From: Candidatus Woesearchaeota archaeon | GTDB lineage: Archaea; Nanobdellota; Nanobdellia; Woesearchaeales; JAGVYU01 | DNA length: 64,000 nt | NCBI GenBank assembly: GCA_043810355.1 | Contig: JBDROB010000075.1 | Coordinates: forward strand, 16,565-80,564 | Direction: 5' to 3' | In this document: in pieces, positions 1-9,511 of the stretch | How positions within the stretch are numbered: the first letter of the stretch is position 1 | Layout: each line of letters begins with the position of its first letter | Position numbers and translations under genes: made by a program | Notes under the pieces: generated by a model | What the model saw: the letters and a program-made list of their open reading frames with translations, nothing else | Database searches by the model: none | Told to the model about the DNA's origin: nothing

Positions 1-464
1 GAATTGATACATTTAAAAGATATGACCAACACAAATTAATTTGGAAACTTTATATTCGGGGAAAAAGAAATATTTTAAGGTTTTACAAAGAAATCGGATT
101 CTTATTTGATTATAAGAATAAAAAGTTGGAGTATGTGGTGTATAATTATCAGAAAGACAGTTCATTAACAGATTTTGTCCCATTTATTTCTGATTATATT
201 AGGAATATATGTAATCATGAGTTTATACAAAAGCATAATTTTGATAGGTATACAAATATGAGGGATAATCATCAAAAGGTCACAAATATTGTCATGTCTA
301 AAACAGGATATGATCTTACTAGTATGTTTGAATATATTCTTCATTATAATTATCTTTTTGAGAAAGTAGTAAGTATTCAAGAAGCTGGTATAAAAAGAGT
401 TTTCTCAATTAAAGTTAAAAGTGACTGCCATTCATTTATCTCAAATGGGCTTATTAGCCACAAC
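1..464 (+). mobile_element. C-terminal part of an intein (probably with LAGLIDADG homing endonuclease) inserted in GyrA
   Basis: Block F/G motif [23 protein letters not shown] followed by the +1 nucleophile Thr (TEARL). Upstream [17 protein letters not shown] resembles the endonuclease block H. Confidence 0.92.
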
Positions 465-2819
465 ACAGAGGCACGCTTAAACAAATTAGCTGAAGAGATG
501 CTTGTTGACATTGATAAGAAAACAGTTAAGTTTGTTCCAAACTTTGATGAAAGTCTTGAAGAACCATCGGTTCTTCCTTCAAAAGTGCCTAATCTTCTTG
601 TAAATGGTTCATCTGGTATTGCAGTGGGTATGGCTACTAATATTCCTCCTCATAACATGTCTGAGATATGTGATGGAGTTATCCATGTTATTGATAATCC
701 TGAAGCTACATCAAAAGAATTAATGGAATTTGTCAAAGGACCAGATTTCCCTACAGGAGGGATAATCCAAGGTGTTATAGGTCTTAAATCAGCTTATAAG
801 ACTGGCAGGGGAAAGATTATAGTTAGGGCTAATCATAAGATTGAAGAGTTAAAAAAGGATAAGAATAGGATTATCATCAATGAGATTCCTTATCAGGTTA
901 ATAAGTCTATGTTGATTGAGGAGATTGCAAATCTTGTTAAGGATAAGAAAATAACAGGAATCTCTGATTTACGGGATGAATCTGACAGGGATGGCATGCG
1001 AATTGTCATCGAGCTTAAGACAGGAGCTAACCATGAAGTTGTTGTAAATCAATTGTTTAAGCATTCAAGATTGCAGATAACTTTTGGGATTATTCTTTTA
1101 TCTCTTGTTGATAACCAGCCAAGAGTGCTTAGTTTGCCTATTATGATCAAGGAATTCATTAATCATAGGCAGGTTGTTGTTAGAAAAAGGACTGAATTTG
1201 ATTTGACAAAAGCTGAGGATCGTGCTCACATTTTAGAAGGATTGATCATAGCCTTAAACAACATTGATGAGACTGTGGCTCTAGTTAAGAAATCAAAGAC
1301 AGTTGATGAGGCTAGAAATGCATTGATATCAAGGTTCTCTTTGACTGAAAAACAGGCTCAGGCAATTCTTGATATGCGATTGCAGCGCCTGACAAGCTTA
1401 GAGCAGGATAAGATAAAAGATGAGCATGATAAACTACTTGAGCTGATCAAGGAGTTGAAGGGGATTTTGGCTGACGAAAACAGGATTCTGTCAATAATCA
1501 AATCTGAACTAAGGGAGTTGAAAGAAAATTATGGTGATGAAAGGAAGACTGTCATCAGTGAAAAAGAGAAGGAAGTCATTGATGATGTAGATCTTATCCA
1601 GTCTGTGGATATGGCAATTACAATTAGCAATAATGGTTATATCAAGAGGACTCCTTTGAATATTTATAAGAGTCAAAAAAGGGGAGGTAAAGGTATTATT
1701 GCTGCTACAACAAGAGAAGAGGATTTTGTCTCTGACTTGTTTATTGCCAATACTCATGATTACATTTTATTCTTCACAGAAAAAGGTAATGTTCATTGGA
1801 AAAAGGTTTATGAGATCCCTCTTGGTGCAAGACAGGCTAAAGGGACTCCAATTGTAAATTTATTGAATGTTAAGGATGAAGGAAAGGTTACTGCATCAAT
1901 CCCTATCAAGGAATTCAGGGATGATGAATATCTTGTAATGGCAACTAAAAAAGGCATTGTAAAAAAGACAAGCCTTATACAATACTCAAGGCCTAGAAGA
2001 GGGGGTATTATTGCGATTGTTATTGATAATGATGATGAGCTAGTCGATGTTAGACTTACAGATGGTTCAAAAGATATACTTTTGGCTACAAAAAAAGGTC
2101 TGGCTATTCGTTTTAATGAAAAGGATTGCAGGCCTATTGGAAGGGTCTCAAGAGGTGTAAGAGGCATTTCCCTTAAAAAAGATGATGAGGTTGTTGACTT
2201 GATCACTTTGGAAGAAAATACTTCAATACTTACTGTGACTGAGAATGGATATGGTAAGAGGACTGATGTTGAGGAGTATAGGAGGATTGGTAGAGGAGGA
2301 GTTGGAGTAATAAATATTCAATGTGATGAAAGAAACGGCAATGTTGTTTCTGTTAAGAGTGTGCTTGATGTTGATGAGATCATGGTCATTAGCAGGAATG
2401 GGATAACCATCAGGATTAAGTCAGAGGATATATCAATCATAGGCAGGAACACAAAAGGAGTCCGTATCATGAGGCTTGGAGAGAATGATAAGGTTGTAAA
2501 AGCTGCCAAGATCATAAAGGATGATCATGATGATAATAACAATAATAACAACAATGACCACAATGACAATAATGCTAATGATAAGGATGATGAAGAAAAA
2601 GAAGTGGATGATAAAATTAATAACAAGGATAATATAGGAAAAGATATTGATGATAATATTGAAGATGACCAGCATGATAATGACCAACAAGATGATGAAA
2701 AAGATCAATACAATGAACCAAAAATACTAGAGTCTGACATAAACAAGACTGCTGTGGAGCAAATCAATGGGGATAGTCCAGAAAATGAAGATAATGAAGA
2801 ATTTAAAGAAAATGAATAA
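1..2819 (+). CDS. gyrA: DNA gyrase subunit A, 5'-truncated by the window, containing an intein; long acidic/Asn-rich C-terminal tail
   Basis: Frame is open from base 3. After the intein end comes TEARL...[41 protein letters not shown], then the GyrA-box QKRGGKG and CTD pinwheel repeats ([27 protein letters not shown]). Confidence 0.97.
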   Translation, partial: IDTFKRYDQHKLIWKLYIRGKRNILRFYKEIGFLFDYKNKKLEYVVYNYQKDSSLTDFVPFISDYIRNICNHEFIQKHNFDRYTNMRDNHQKVTNIVMSKTGYDLTSMFEYILHYNYLFEKVVSIQEAGIKRVFSIKVKSDCHSFISNGLISHNTEARLNKLAEEMLVDIDKKTVKFVPNFDESLEEPSVLPSKVPNLLVNGSSGIAVGMATNIPPHNMSEICDGVIHVIDNPEATSKELMEFVKGPDFPTGGIIQGVIGLKSAYKTGRGKIIVRANHKIEELKKDKNRIIINEIPYQVNKSMLIEEIANLVKDKKITGISDLRDESDRDGMRIVIELKTGANHEVVVNQLFKHSRLQITFGIILLSLVDNQPRVLSLPIMIKEFINHRQVVVRKRTEFDLTKAEDRAHILEGLIIALNNIDETVALVKKSKTVDEARNALISRFSLTEKQAQAILDMRLQRLTSLEQDKIKDEHDKLLELIKELKGILADENRILSIIKSELRELKENYGDERKTVISEKEKEVIDDVDLIQSVDMAITISNNGYIKRTPLNIYKSQKRGGKGIIAATTREEDFVSDLFIANTHDYILFFTEKGNVHWKKVYEIPLGARQAKGTPIVNLLNVKDEGKVTASIPIKEFRDDEYLVMATKKGIVKKTSLIQYSRPRRGGIIAIVIDNDDELVDVRLTDGSKDILLATKKGLAIRFNEKDCRPIGRVSRGVRGISLKKDDEVVDLITLEENTSILTVTENGYGKRTDVEEYRRIGRGGVGVINIQCDERNGNVVSVKSVLDVDEIMVISRNGITIRIKSEDISIIGRNTKGVRIMRLGENDKVVKAAKIIKDDHDDNNNNNNNDHNDNNANDKDDEEKEVDDKINNKDNIGKDIDDNIEDDQHDNDQQDDEKDQYNEPKILESDINKTAVEQINGDSPENEDNEEFKENE

Positions 2820-2842
2820 AATGAATAAAATGAATAAAATGA
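2810..2842 (+). repeat. Short tandem repeat (AAAATGAAT-type unit) x3 across the gyrA stop
   Basis: Reads aaaatgaataaaatgaataaaatgaataaaatga directly. Confidence 0.8.
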
Positions 2843-2918
2843 TAATAGTCTAAATAGTGATCAAAACAATGATCAAAACAATTAATTTTTTATAAAGGCA
2901 TATCTTTTTCTTTTTAAT

Positions 2919-4109
2919 ATGAAAAATATGAAAGCATTAGCAATAACATCGATTGGAATTGAGGATATATGTTCATTAGAGATAAAAGACTTGATCAATA
3001 CAGATTCAGAACCACATAAAGGATGTGTTGAGTTTAATATAAAAAAACATCAAGACCTGTTCAAACTTTGCTACCTTTCCCAATCCAGTTCTAGAATTCT
3101 TCTATTATTGTCAAATTTCATGGCAGGGTCATCAAAGTCAGGAAAGTCTGAAAAGTCAATAAAGTCAGTATTCTTGAATGAGCTTAAAAAAAATATTTCA
3201 AAAATTGATTTTAGTGAATGGCTTGATGATAATATTAGGTTTGCTGTAAAATGCCAGAGGATAGGAATCCATGATTTTAATTCAGTTGATATTGAGAAGA
3301 CAGCTGCTGACTCAATCAATGATTACAAGGCTAAAGTGGATCTTAAGAGTCCAGATATGATTATATACATATATTTGATTGACAATGAATGTTATATTGG
3401 AATTGACTTTTCTGGAAAAGACCTGAGCAAGCGTGATTACAAGATTTTTAGCAACATCCGCTCGCTTAAGTCAAATATTGCTTATTCATTGGTCAGAATT
3501 GCAGATTTTAGAAAAGACCAGATTTTGATTGATCCTTTCTGTGGTTCAGGAGAGATTCCGATTGAAGCCACTATTTATGCATCAAACTTTCCTCAAAATC
3601 ATTTTTCAAAAGACTCTTTTGCTTTCTTGAATTTTCCAATGTTCAAGGATTTTGATTTTGACGAGTTCTTTGATAATATTGATAAGAATATCAGGCAAGA
3701 TAAAACAAATATATATGCTTTTGATAACCAGTTAAAGAATATACTGGCTGTGAAGAAAAATGCAAAGATTGCCAGTATCCAGAAATATTTGTCAATATCA
3801 AGGGTGGATATTGATTGGCTTGAGACAAAGTTCAAGCAGAACTCTGTTGATATTATTATCACTCATATTCCAGATGTTCCTAAGCACAATGATCCAAAGC
3901 CAATCCTCAATGTTTTGGATGACTTTTTCTGGGAGGCAGAATTCATTCTAAAACCATCTGGTTCAATTGTCACAATCTCAAGAAGCATTGAATCATTAAA
4001 GCCACCTATTAAGAAATATAAATTCACAATCAAAGAGACCAGAGAGGTTTGGCAGGGAAAAGAGAGATTGATTGTCTTAAATATCCAGAAAAATAAGCAA
4101 CCTTTATAA
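2919..4109 (+). CDS. THUMP-domain SAM-dependent RNA (tRNA/rRNA) m2G methyltransferase (Trm14/RlmL-like)
   Basis: THUMP-like FAVKCQRIGIHDFNS...KVDLKSPD, GIDFSGKDLSKRDY, and SAM motif LIDPFCGSGEIPIEA. Confidence 0.85.
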   Translation: MKNMKALAITSIGIEDICSLEIKDLINTDSEPHKGCVEFNIKKHQDLFKLCYLSQSSSRILLLLSNFMAGSSKSGKSEKSIKSVFLNELKKNISKIDFSEWLDDNIRFAVKCQRIGIHDFNSVDIEKTAADSINDYKAKVDLKSPDMIIYIYLIDNECYIGIDFSGKDLSKRDYKIFSNIRSLKSNIAYSLVRIADFRKDQILIDPFCGSGEIPIEATIYASNFPQNHFSKDSFAFLNFPMFKDFDFDEFFDNIDKNIRQDKTNIYAFDNQLKNILAVKKNAKIASIQKYLSISRVDIDWLETKFKQNSVDIIITHIPDVPKHNDPKPILNVLDDFFWEAEFILKPSGSIVTISRSIESLKPPIKKYKFTIKETREVWQGKERLIVLNIQKNKQPL

Positions 4110-4132
4110 ACCAATTTTCATTCTTTTTTCAC

Positions 4133-4484
4133 ATAGGAAGGGAAATTAGCTTACGGTGGCTCTTTGGAGTCATTGAGGAAAGTCCGCCCACCATTCGCTC
4201 TGATTTATCATTGCGATTATAGCCACTCATGGGAATGAGTTGCAGTGATGTGAGGCAACCGCTCAGAAACGATACCGCCTTAAGGTATAGGATGAAATCC
4301 GTGAACCGCTTGGCAACAAGCGCAAGTTAACCGGAAGACGTTCTTAAGGAATGGATGAAACGGCGAGTCCAGGCTGGTGCAAGTAGATTATCTACGCTTA
4401 GTTAAATGCTAACCAGGCTATCAAATAAGGCGCTAAGTCTTTTTTATCAAGGGCCTGACAGAAGGCGGCTTATTCCTTTCCTAT
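4133..4484 (+). ncRNA. rnpB: RNase P RNA
   Basis: Conserved GAGGAAAGTCC (CR-I) and ACAGAAGGCGGCTTAT (CR-V); terminal P1 helix ATAGGAAGGGAA/TTCCTTTCCTAT. Confidence 0.93.
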
Positions 4485-4499
4485 ATTTTCTTTTTTAGC

Positions 4500-4562
4500 A
4501 ACCTACAAAAAAGTTAAAATCTTTTTTTAGGTTCGAAAACCAAGAGTTTTCGTAACCTTTTT
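4500..4562. terminator. Overlapping hairpins with T-tracts downstream of rnpB (possible terminator or small repeat element)
   Basis: AACCTACAAAAAAG/CTTTTTTTAGGTT and AGGTTCGAAAAC/GTTTTCGTAACCT inverted repeats followed by a T-run. Confidence 0.4.
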
Positions 4563-4591
4563 ATATCAAATAATATTCTTATATTAGTAAT

Positions 4592-4765
4592 ATGGCAAGA
4601 GACAAGATTTCAATGCCTTCTTCAATGGGAGGATTAGTAAGATATTTTGATGAGTACAAGTCAAAGATAGAGTTTAAGCCAGGCCATATTATTGTTCTTA
4701 TCATTATTGTTATCATAATTGAGTTGGTTCTGCATTTGTATGGTAAGGCTTGGTTAGGTGTATAA
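4592..4765 (+). CDS. secG: Preprotein translocase subunit Sec61beta/SecG (not in ORF track, 57 aa)
   Basis: Translation MARDKISMPSSMGGLVRYFDEYKSKIEFKPGHIIVLIIIVIIIELVLHLYGKAWLGV has the archaeal Sec61beta signature GLVRYFDE...P plus one TM helix. Confidence 0.9.
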   Translation: MARDKISMPSSMGGLVRYFDEYKSKIEFKPGHIIVLIIIVIIIELVLHLYGKAWLGV

Positions 4766-4766
4766 T

Positions 4767-5108
4767 ATGTTTCCTGGCGTTAATCCAAAGATGATGAAGC
4801 AGGCTATGAAAAAGATGGGTATGCAGCAGGTAGATATTGATGCCACTCAAGTTATTATTAAAACACCTGAAAAAAACCTAATAATTGATAATCCTGAAGT
4901 AGCAAAAGTTACAGCAATGGGTCAGGAGACATTCCAGATTTCTGGTGAAGTGAGGGAAGAGGCAATATCATCTGAGCCTGACATAAGTGAAGATGATATC
5001 CAGACAGTGATGGACCAGACAAATTGCTCAGAACAAGAGGCAAAAGAAGCTATTGAAAAATCTGAAGGAGATCTTGCTCAAGCGATTCTTGAACTTAAAA
5101 AAGAATAA
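4767..5108 (+). CDS. nac: Archaeal nascent polypeptide-associated complex protein (NAC + UBA domain)
   Basis: MFPGVNPKMMKQAMKKMGM...GQETFQISG and C-terminal EDDIQTVMDQTNCSEQEAKEAIEKSEGDLAQAIL. Confidence 0.93.
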   Translation: MFPGVNPKMMKQAMKKMGMQQVDIDATQVIIKTPEKNLIIDNPEVAKVTAMGQETFQISGEVREEAISSEPDISEDDIQTVMDQTNCSEQEAKEAIEKSEGDLAQAILELKKE

Positions 5109-5169
5109 TCTTATTCTATACTCCATATTGCCACAAAATTAATATACTTTCCTCTATATAATAGGTATA

Positions 5170-5670
5170 ATGGAGAAATTCCAGGAGCTTTATGAGCTAT
5201 CTTTGAGCAAGATCAAAATAGCTGACCATATAGCAAATTCTACCTATTCTTTTGTTCAGGATCCTAAGCTTTTGATGAGATCAATAGAGAACATATTCCT
5301 TGCTTTGACATATTCAATGGGTGCTCTCCTTCATTATGAAAGGATGTTCAAAAGGGTTCCTATGTTCAAGGATACTTTTGAGGAAAAGATGATTATTTTG
5401 CAGCACAAAGTCGCGCCAAGATATAATATTGATAGGGAATACATACTCTTGATGAGAAATTTGAAAGAGATCATATTAGAGCATCATAACAGCCCTGTAG
5501 AGTTTGTGAGAGGCAATGAATTGATGATATGTGATGATGATTACAAGATCAAAAAGATTGATCTTGATTTGATCAGAGGTTATATAAGCAAGTCAAAATC
5601 CTTTTTAGATGAGGTTGATTCTATCATGTCAAGAAACAAATCTGTTTTTAGCAGGAAATTACTCCTTTGA
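5170..5670 (+). CDS. Conserved hypothetical helical protein (possibly HEPN-like), paralog of the downstream gene
   Basis: 166-aa ORF with upstream TATA-like element; KIADH...SIENIFLAL..SMGALL aligns by eye with the next gene. Confidence 0.6.
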   Translation: MEKFQELYELSLSKIKIADHIANSTYSFVQDPKLLMRSIENIFLALTYSMGALLHYERMFKRVPMFKDTFEEKMIILQHKVAPRYNIDREYILLMRNLKEIILEHHNSPVEFVRGNELMICDDDYKIKKIDLDLIRGYISKSKSFLDEVDSIMSRNKSVFSRKLLL

Positions 5671-5712
5671 TTAAAGGAAACATTTAATAATAATTAAATC
5701 TTATGATATAAA

Positions 5713-6181
5713 ATGGCTGATATAATAGATAATGAGAATTTGCAGGAGGCCTTTTCTGAACTAAAGCGTGCTGATCATCTTATATTTGTTAGTTTGAAGT
5801 ATACAAGGACTGTTGATGTTATCAAGAGCATAATTGAAAGATTGATCAATTGTCTTGATTTTTCAATCATTGCTCTGCTGGAATCTTATAAGGAAAAAAA
5901 GAAGATCACAGATATTCCCTCTTCGCCTGTGGCAAGGGCAAAAAAAATTAAAAGGGATGATAGATGATGAGTCAATATTGGAGATCCTTGATACTTATTT
6001 GTTGTGGAGGAAGATTACAAATGCTGAGTTCACAAGGGCAAGGGAGTTCAGAAGGCATGTTACAATGACTGCTATAGTGGATAATGGTGCCATTGAAGTG
6101 AATATTGATGTAATTTATGAATATTATGACAAGACAAAGGAATTTTTTAAGCATATAAAAGATATTATTGAATCATCATGA
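5713..6181 (+). pseudogene. Hypothetical protein split by a +1 frameshift in an A8 tract (5940-5947); 155 aa if restored
   Basis: ORF 5713-5967 and ORF 5855-6181 join seamlessly as ...PVARAKKLKGMIDDESILE... if one A is removed. Confidence 0.7.
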
Positions 6182-6951
6182 CAAAATTTATTGTTATTGC
6201 ATCTGGAAAAGGAGGTGTTGGAAAGACAACTGCCTCTTTGAATATTGGAAATGCTCTTACTGACTTTGGCAGGGATGTAATTGTAATAGACGCAAATGTC
6301 TCAAAACCAAATATTGGGCTTCATCTTGGTAGGAATAAATTGGGTTCCTCGCTTAATGATGTATTGAAAGGGAACAAGTCTATTAGGGAAGTAGTTTATA
6401 TGCATCCCTCTGGCTTAAAAGTTGTTCCTAACAGCATTAATATTGAGGATCTTAAGGATGTTGAGATAAAAAACCTTTCAAAATCATTAAAGGAATTGGA
6501 TGGTCTTACTGAAATTGTCATTATTGACGCTGCTCCTGGATTGCATGAAGAGGCTGTAGAGGCAATAAGGGCTGCTGATGAGATAATCATTGTGACAACA
6601 CCTGACTTGATTGCAGTGACTGATGCATTAAAGACAATTCAGATTGCTAAAAAGGTAGGAGTTAAAGTAATTGGAATTATTGTCAATAGGTTTGAAGGAC
6701 ATCCTTCAGATATGAAACCAAGAAATATTGAGCTGATGCTTGAAACTAAGATTATAGGCATTATCCCAGAGGATAAGAATATTAAGGAATCCCTCAGGCT
6801 TAAGCATCCTGTTACTTATTCTCATCCAGAAAGTCAATCTTCAATTAATTTCAAAAAGATTGCTGCATTTCTTATTGGAGAAAAATATGATTCACCTTTA
6901 AAAATAGATTCTCAGTTTGAGAAAATCCTGAAAAAGACTGGAATAAAATAG
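6178..6951 (+). CDS. minD: MinD/ParA family ATPase (archaeal cell division ATPase MinD)
   Basis: Deviant Walker A SGKGGVGKTT, IDANVSKPN, IIDAAPG, VTTPD, and IPED..I.ES...K.P motifs. Confidence 0.9.
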   Translation: MTKFIVIASGKGGVGKTTASLNIGNALTDFGRDVIVIDANVSKPNIGLHLGRNKLGSSLNDVLKGNKSIREVVYMHPSGLKVVPNSINIEDLKDVEIKNLSKSLKELDGLTEIVIIDAAPGLHEEAVEAIRAADEIIIVTTPDLIAVTDALKTIQIAKKVGVKVIGIIVNRFEGHPSDMKPRNIELMLETKIIGIIPEDKNIKESLRLKHPVTYSHPESQSSINFKKIAAFLIGEKYDSPLKIDSQFEKILKKTGIK

Positions 6952-6955
6952 CAAG

Positions 6956-7477
6956 ATGAAAAGATTAGAACATAGATTAAAATCAAAAGGATGGAATCAG
7001 AAGGATATTAAGAAATCTATCAGAATACTTAAGAATGGTAAGAAGAATAGGGAAAAGCACATCCAGGTTCTTGACAAGCTGATATACATTTTTATTTTTA
7101 TTGTTGCAGTCTTTGCAAACATTGTCATGTCAATATTTCTTATCCCTCTTCTAATTGTTATGGAATCTACATCATCTTTCTTCTTAATAATAATCTCATT
7201 GGCTCTAATAAGTGGTGTGATATTCACTTTTTTGATTTATGAGATTGAATCTCTTGAGAAGAAACATCATATCTTATTAGGGATAATTGTGCCATTGATA
7301 GCATTAGTCAATATAATCATCATTGTTTTCATTTCAAACAGGCTTCTTGACCAGTTAAACACTTTCAAAGTCCATCAAAACCCAATAATTGTTCCAGTCC
7401 TCTACATCATATTCTTTCTTCTGCCCTATATAATCAGCCTTCTAAAGAACAAGCAATATAAATTATCCAAAATATAA
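6956..7477 (+). CDS. Hypothetical membrane protein (basic N-terminus, 4 TM)
   Basis: Directly follows minD; four hydrophobic segments. Confidence 0.7.
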   Translation: MKRLEHRLKSKGWNQKDIKKSIRILKNGKKNREKHIQVLDKLIYIFIFIVAVFANIVMSIFLIPLLIVMESTSSFFLIIISLALISGVIFTFLIYEIESLEKKHHILLGIIVPLIALVNIIIIVFISNRLLDQLNTFKVHQNPIIVPVLYIIFFLLPYIISLLKNKQYKLSKI

Positions 7478-7485
7478 TAAGAAAG

Positions 7486-7599
7486 GGTGGCTGCCGGGAC
7501 TTTCATGGAATGAATTAACATTTCAATTTGAACCCGAACTCCAGGATAACTGCATGAATCCACAGTCCTATGTACTAGCCAGGTTATACTACAGCCACC
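7486..7599 (-). tRNA. tRNA-His(GUG) with encoded G-1 and two introns: 12 nt at 37/38 (7548-7559) and 27 nt at 59/60 in the T-loop (7500-7526)
   Basis: Reverse complement folds as acceptor GTGGCTG/CAGCCAC+C73, D-arm GTAT/GTAC, anticodon stem TAGGA/TCCTG with loop CT-GTG-G, T-arm TCGGG-TTCAAA|T-CCCGG. The T-loop intron forms a BHB motif (TTCA/TGAA helix, AAT and AGT bulges). Confidence 0.88.
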
Positions 7600-7716
7600 A
7601 ATGATTCTTTGCTCAGTTCATGGCCAGGTCGTGGGATTCCGAGCAAAGCGAGGAAATCCCACTTAGCTACCTTGATCAAACTTAGAAAGTTTGGCCAAGT
7701 TATACTACAGCCACCA
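7578..7716 (-). repeat. 23-bp direct repeat of the tRNA-His 5' end (7578-7600 and 7694-7716) flanking a hairpin-rich spacer
   Basis: gcca(g/a)gttatactacagccacca occurs twice, 116 bp apart. The spacer contains GTGGGATT-CCGAGCAAAGCGAGGA-AATCCCAC and CAAACTT-AGA-AAGTTTG hairpins. Confidence 0.85.
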
Positions 7717-7778
7717 TAAGCAAAAGAAATAACCTTATTCTTTTAAAACTTTTCTTATTTTTCGCCAAAACCGCAACC

Positions 7779-7873
7779 TTTATAAATCAAATTGTATCCC
7801 CATTTATTAGCCCGAGTTCAAGAGAGCGCTTTTAGGGTTATTAGAAGTGCTTATTCTTGTTAAAAACAACTCG
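7779..7873 (+). promoter_or_regulatory. TATA box plus structured 5' leader of the rps13 operon
   Basis: TTTATAAA at ~7779-7786, then a long hairpin at 7813-7873 ending 8 nt before the rps13 ATG. Confidence 0.55.
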
Positions 7874-7881
7874 ATATTATA

Positions 7882-8373
7882 ATGGAAAAAAATCAACAAA
7901 CTCAAGTGAATAAAGATTTCAGGCATATAGTCAGGATTGGAAACACTGATTTAGATGGTTCTAAACCTATTTATCATGCTCTGACCAAGATAAAAGGTAT
8001 TGGGGTAATGTTTGCAAATCTTGTATGCTTTAAGACTAAAACAGATAAATATGCTATCACTGGAAATATGACCAATGAGCAGATAAAAAAACTTGATGAT
8101 TTTGTTTTAAAACCTAAAGATATCCCTTCATGGATGAGTAACAGGAGAAGAGATTATGAAACTGGTTCTGACATGCATTTGATTAGTGGAGATATTGATT
8201 TTTATGTTGATAATGATCTTAAAAGGCTCAAGATGATCAAGTCTTACAGGGGTATTAGGCACATGTTCCATCTCCCTGTGAGAGGGCAGAGGACAAAATC
8301 AAATTTCAGGAAGAATAAAGGAAAAGTTACTGGTGTGAAAAAATCTAAATCAGGTAAAAAAGCAGGTAAGTAG
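7882..8373 (+). CDS. rps13: 30S ribosomal protein uS13
   Basis: RHIVRIGNTDLDG...ALTKIKGIG...SYRGIRHMFHLPVRGQRTKSNFR. Confidence 0.97.
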   Translation: MEKNQQTQVNKDFRHIVRIGNTDLDGSKPIYHALTKIKGIGVMFANLVCFKTKTDKYAITGNMTNEQIKKLDDFVLKPKDIPSWMSNRRRDYETGSDMHLISGDIDFYVDNDLKRLKMIKSYRGIRHMFHLPVRGQRTKSNFRKNKGKVTGVKKSKSGKKAGK

Positions 8374-8434
8374 ACAATATATGTGCAATAAAATTAAAGA
8401 TGATCTTTAAGACTCATTTTTTCAGGTAATAAAT

Positions 8435-9106
8435 ATGGGAGATCCAAAAAAATTAAGGAAAAAGTATTCAGGACCAAGTCATCCTTGGAAAAAGGATCGT
8501 ATTGAATCAGAGGCAGTTCTGGTCAAAGAATATGGTCTAAGGAATAAGAAGGAGATTTGGCGTTTAGAATCAAAAATCAAAAATTTCAAGGATCAGGTCA
8601 AGAACCTGAGCGCAAAAAAGACAAATCAGTCTGAGATAGAAAAGAGCAATCTATTAAATAAATTAAGAAGCATAAAAATTCTTTCAGAGACCTCAACTCT
8701 TGAGGATACTTTAAGTTTGACTGTTAAGGACTTGATGGAAAGGCGTCTTCAGACACTGGTTTTTAGAAAGGGTTTGGCCAATTCAGTTAACCAGGCAAGG
8801 CAGTTTATTGTTCACCGTCATGTTTCAATTGGTGACCAAAAGATTTCAGTCCCATCTTATATTGTTCATGTTGATGAGGAGCCTTTGATAAGATTCTCAG
8901 ACAATTCTGCATTAAAAGATGAAGATCATCCTGAAAGAAAAAAGCCTGAAGTTGAAAAAGTCCCTGGGTTGAAGAAAGAGAAACCTATGAGTGATATGAA
9001 AAATAGAAGGCAAGGGCAAAAAAAGGACTTTAAGCATGACAAATTTAAAAAATTGCATAAAAAACAATCTAATAAAGGAAGATCGAAAAAGGATAGTAAG
9101 GAGTAA
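8435..9106 (+). CDS. rps4: 30S ribosomal protein uS4 with Lys-rich C-terminal extension
   Basis: [18 protein letters not shown]...[10 protein letters not shown]...[29 protein letters not shown]. Confidence 0.97.
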   Translation: MGDPKKLRKKYSGPSHPWKKDRIESEAVLVKEYGLRNKKEIWRLESKIKNFKDQVKNLSAKKTNQSEIEKSNLLNKLRSIKILSETSTLEDTLSLTVKDLMERRLQTLVFRKGLANSVNQARQFIVHRHVSIGDQKISVPSYIVHVDEEPLIRFSDNSALKDEDHPERKKPEVEKVPGLKKEKPMSDMKNRRQGQKKDFKHDKFKKLHKKQSNKGRSKKDSKE

Positions 9107-9108
9107 AA

Positions 9109-9510
9109 ATGCAAGATAGAAGAAATCTAAGATGGGGAATTGCACACATATATTCTTCATATAATAATACTATAATCCATATTACAGACATAACTGGAAC
9201 AGAAACACTTGCAAGAACTTCAGGAGGAATGGTTGTTAAATCTGACAGGATGGAGTCTTCTCCGACTGCAGCAATGATCGCCTCTAAAAAAGCTGCAGAG
9301 ATAGCAAAAGATAAGGGAATTGATGGTATCCATGTTAAGATAAAGGCTCCTGGAGGTCACAATGGCCCAAATAATCCAGGACCTGGAGCTCAAGCTGCAA
9401 TCAGGGCTTTGTCCAGGATGGGATTGAAGATTGGAATAATTGAGGATGTAACTCCTATACCTCATGATGGTTGCAGGAAAAAAGGCGGTAGGAGAGGGAG
9501 GCGTGTCTAA
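9109..9510 (+). CDS. rps11: 30S ribosomal protein uS11
   Basis: [22 protein letters not shown]...[12 protein letters not shown]...[23 protein letters not shown]. Confidence 0.98.
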   Translation: MQDRRNLRWGIAHIYSSYNNTIIHITDITGTETLARTSGGMVVKSDRMESSPTAAMIASKKAAEIAKDKGIDGIHVKIKAPGGHNGPNNPGPGAQAAIRALSRMGLKIGIIEDVTPIPHDGCRKKGGRRGRRV

Positions 9511-9511
9511 A

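Noticed and set aside
126..128. ORF-track start of gyrA at 126
   Set aside because: The frame is open from base 3 and this region is intein sequence; the real start is upstream of the window.
7578..7716. Possible mini CRISPR array
   Set aside because: Only two copies, the repeat is the tRNA-His 5' end, the spacer is too long, and there are no cas genes.
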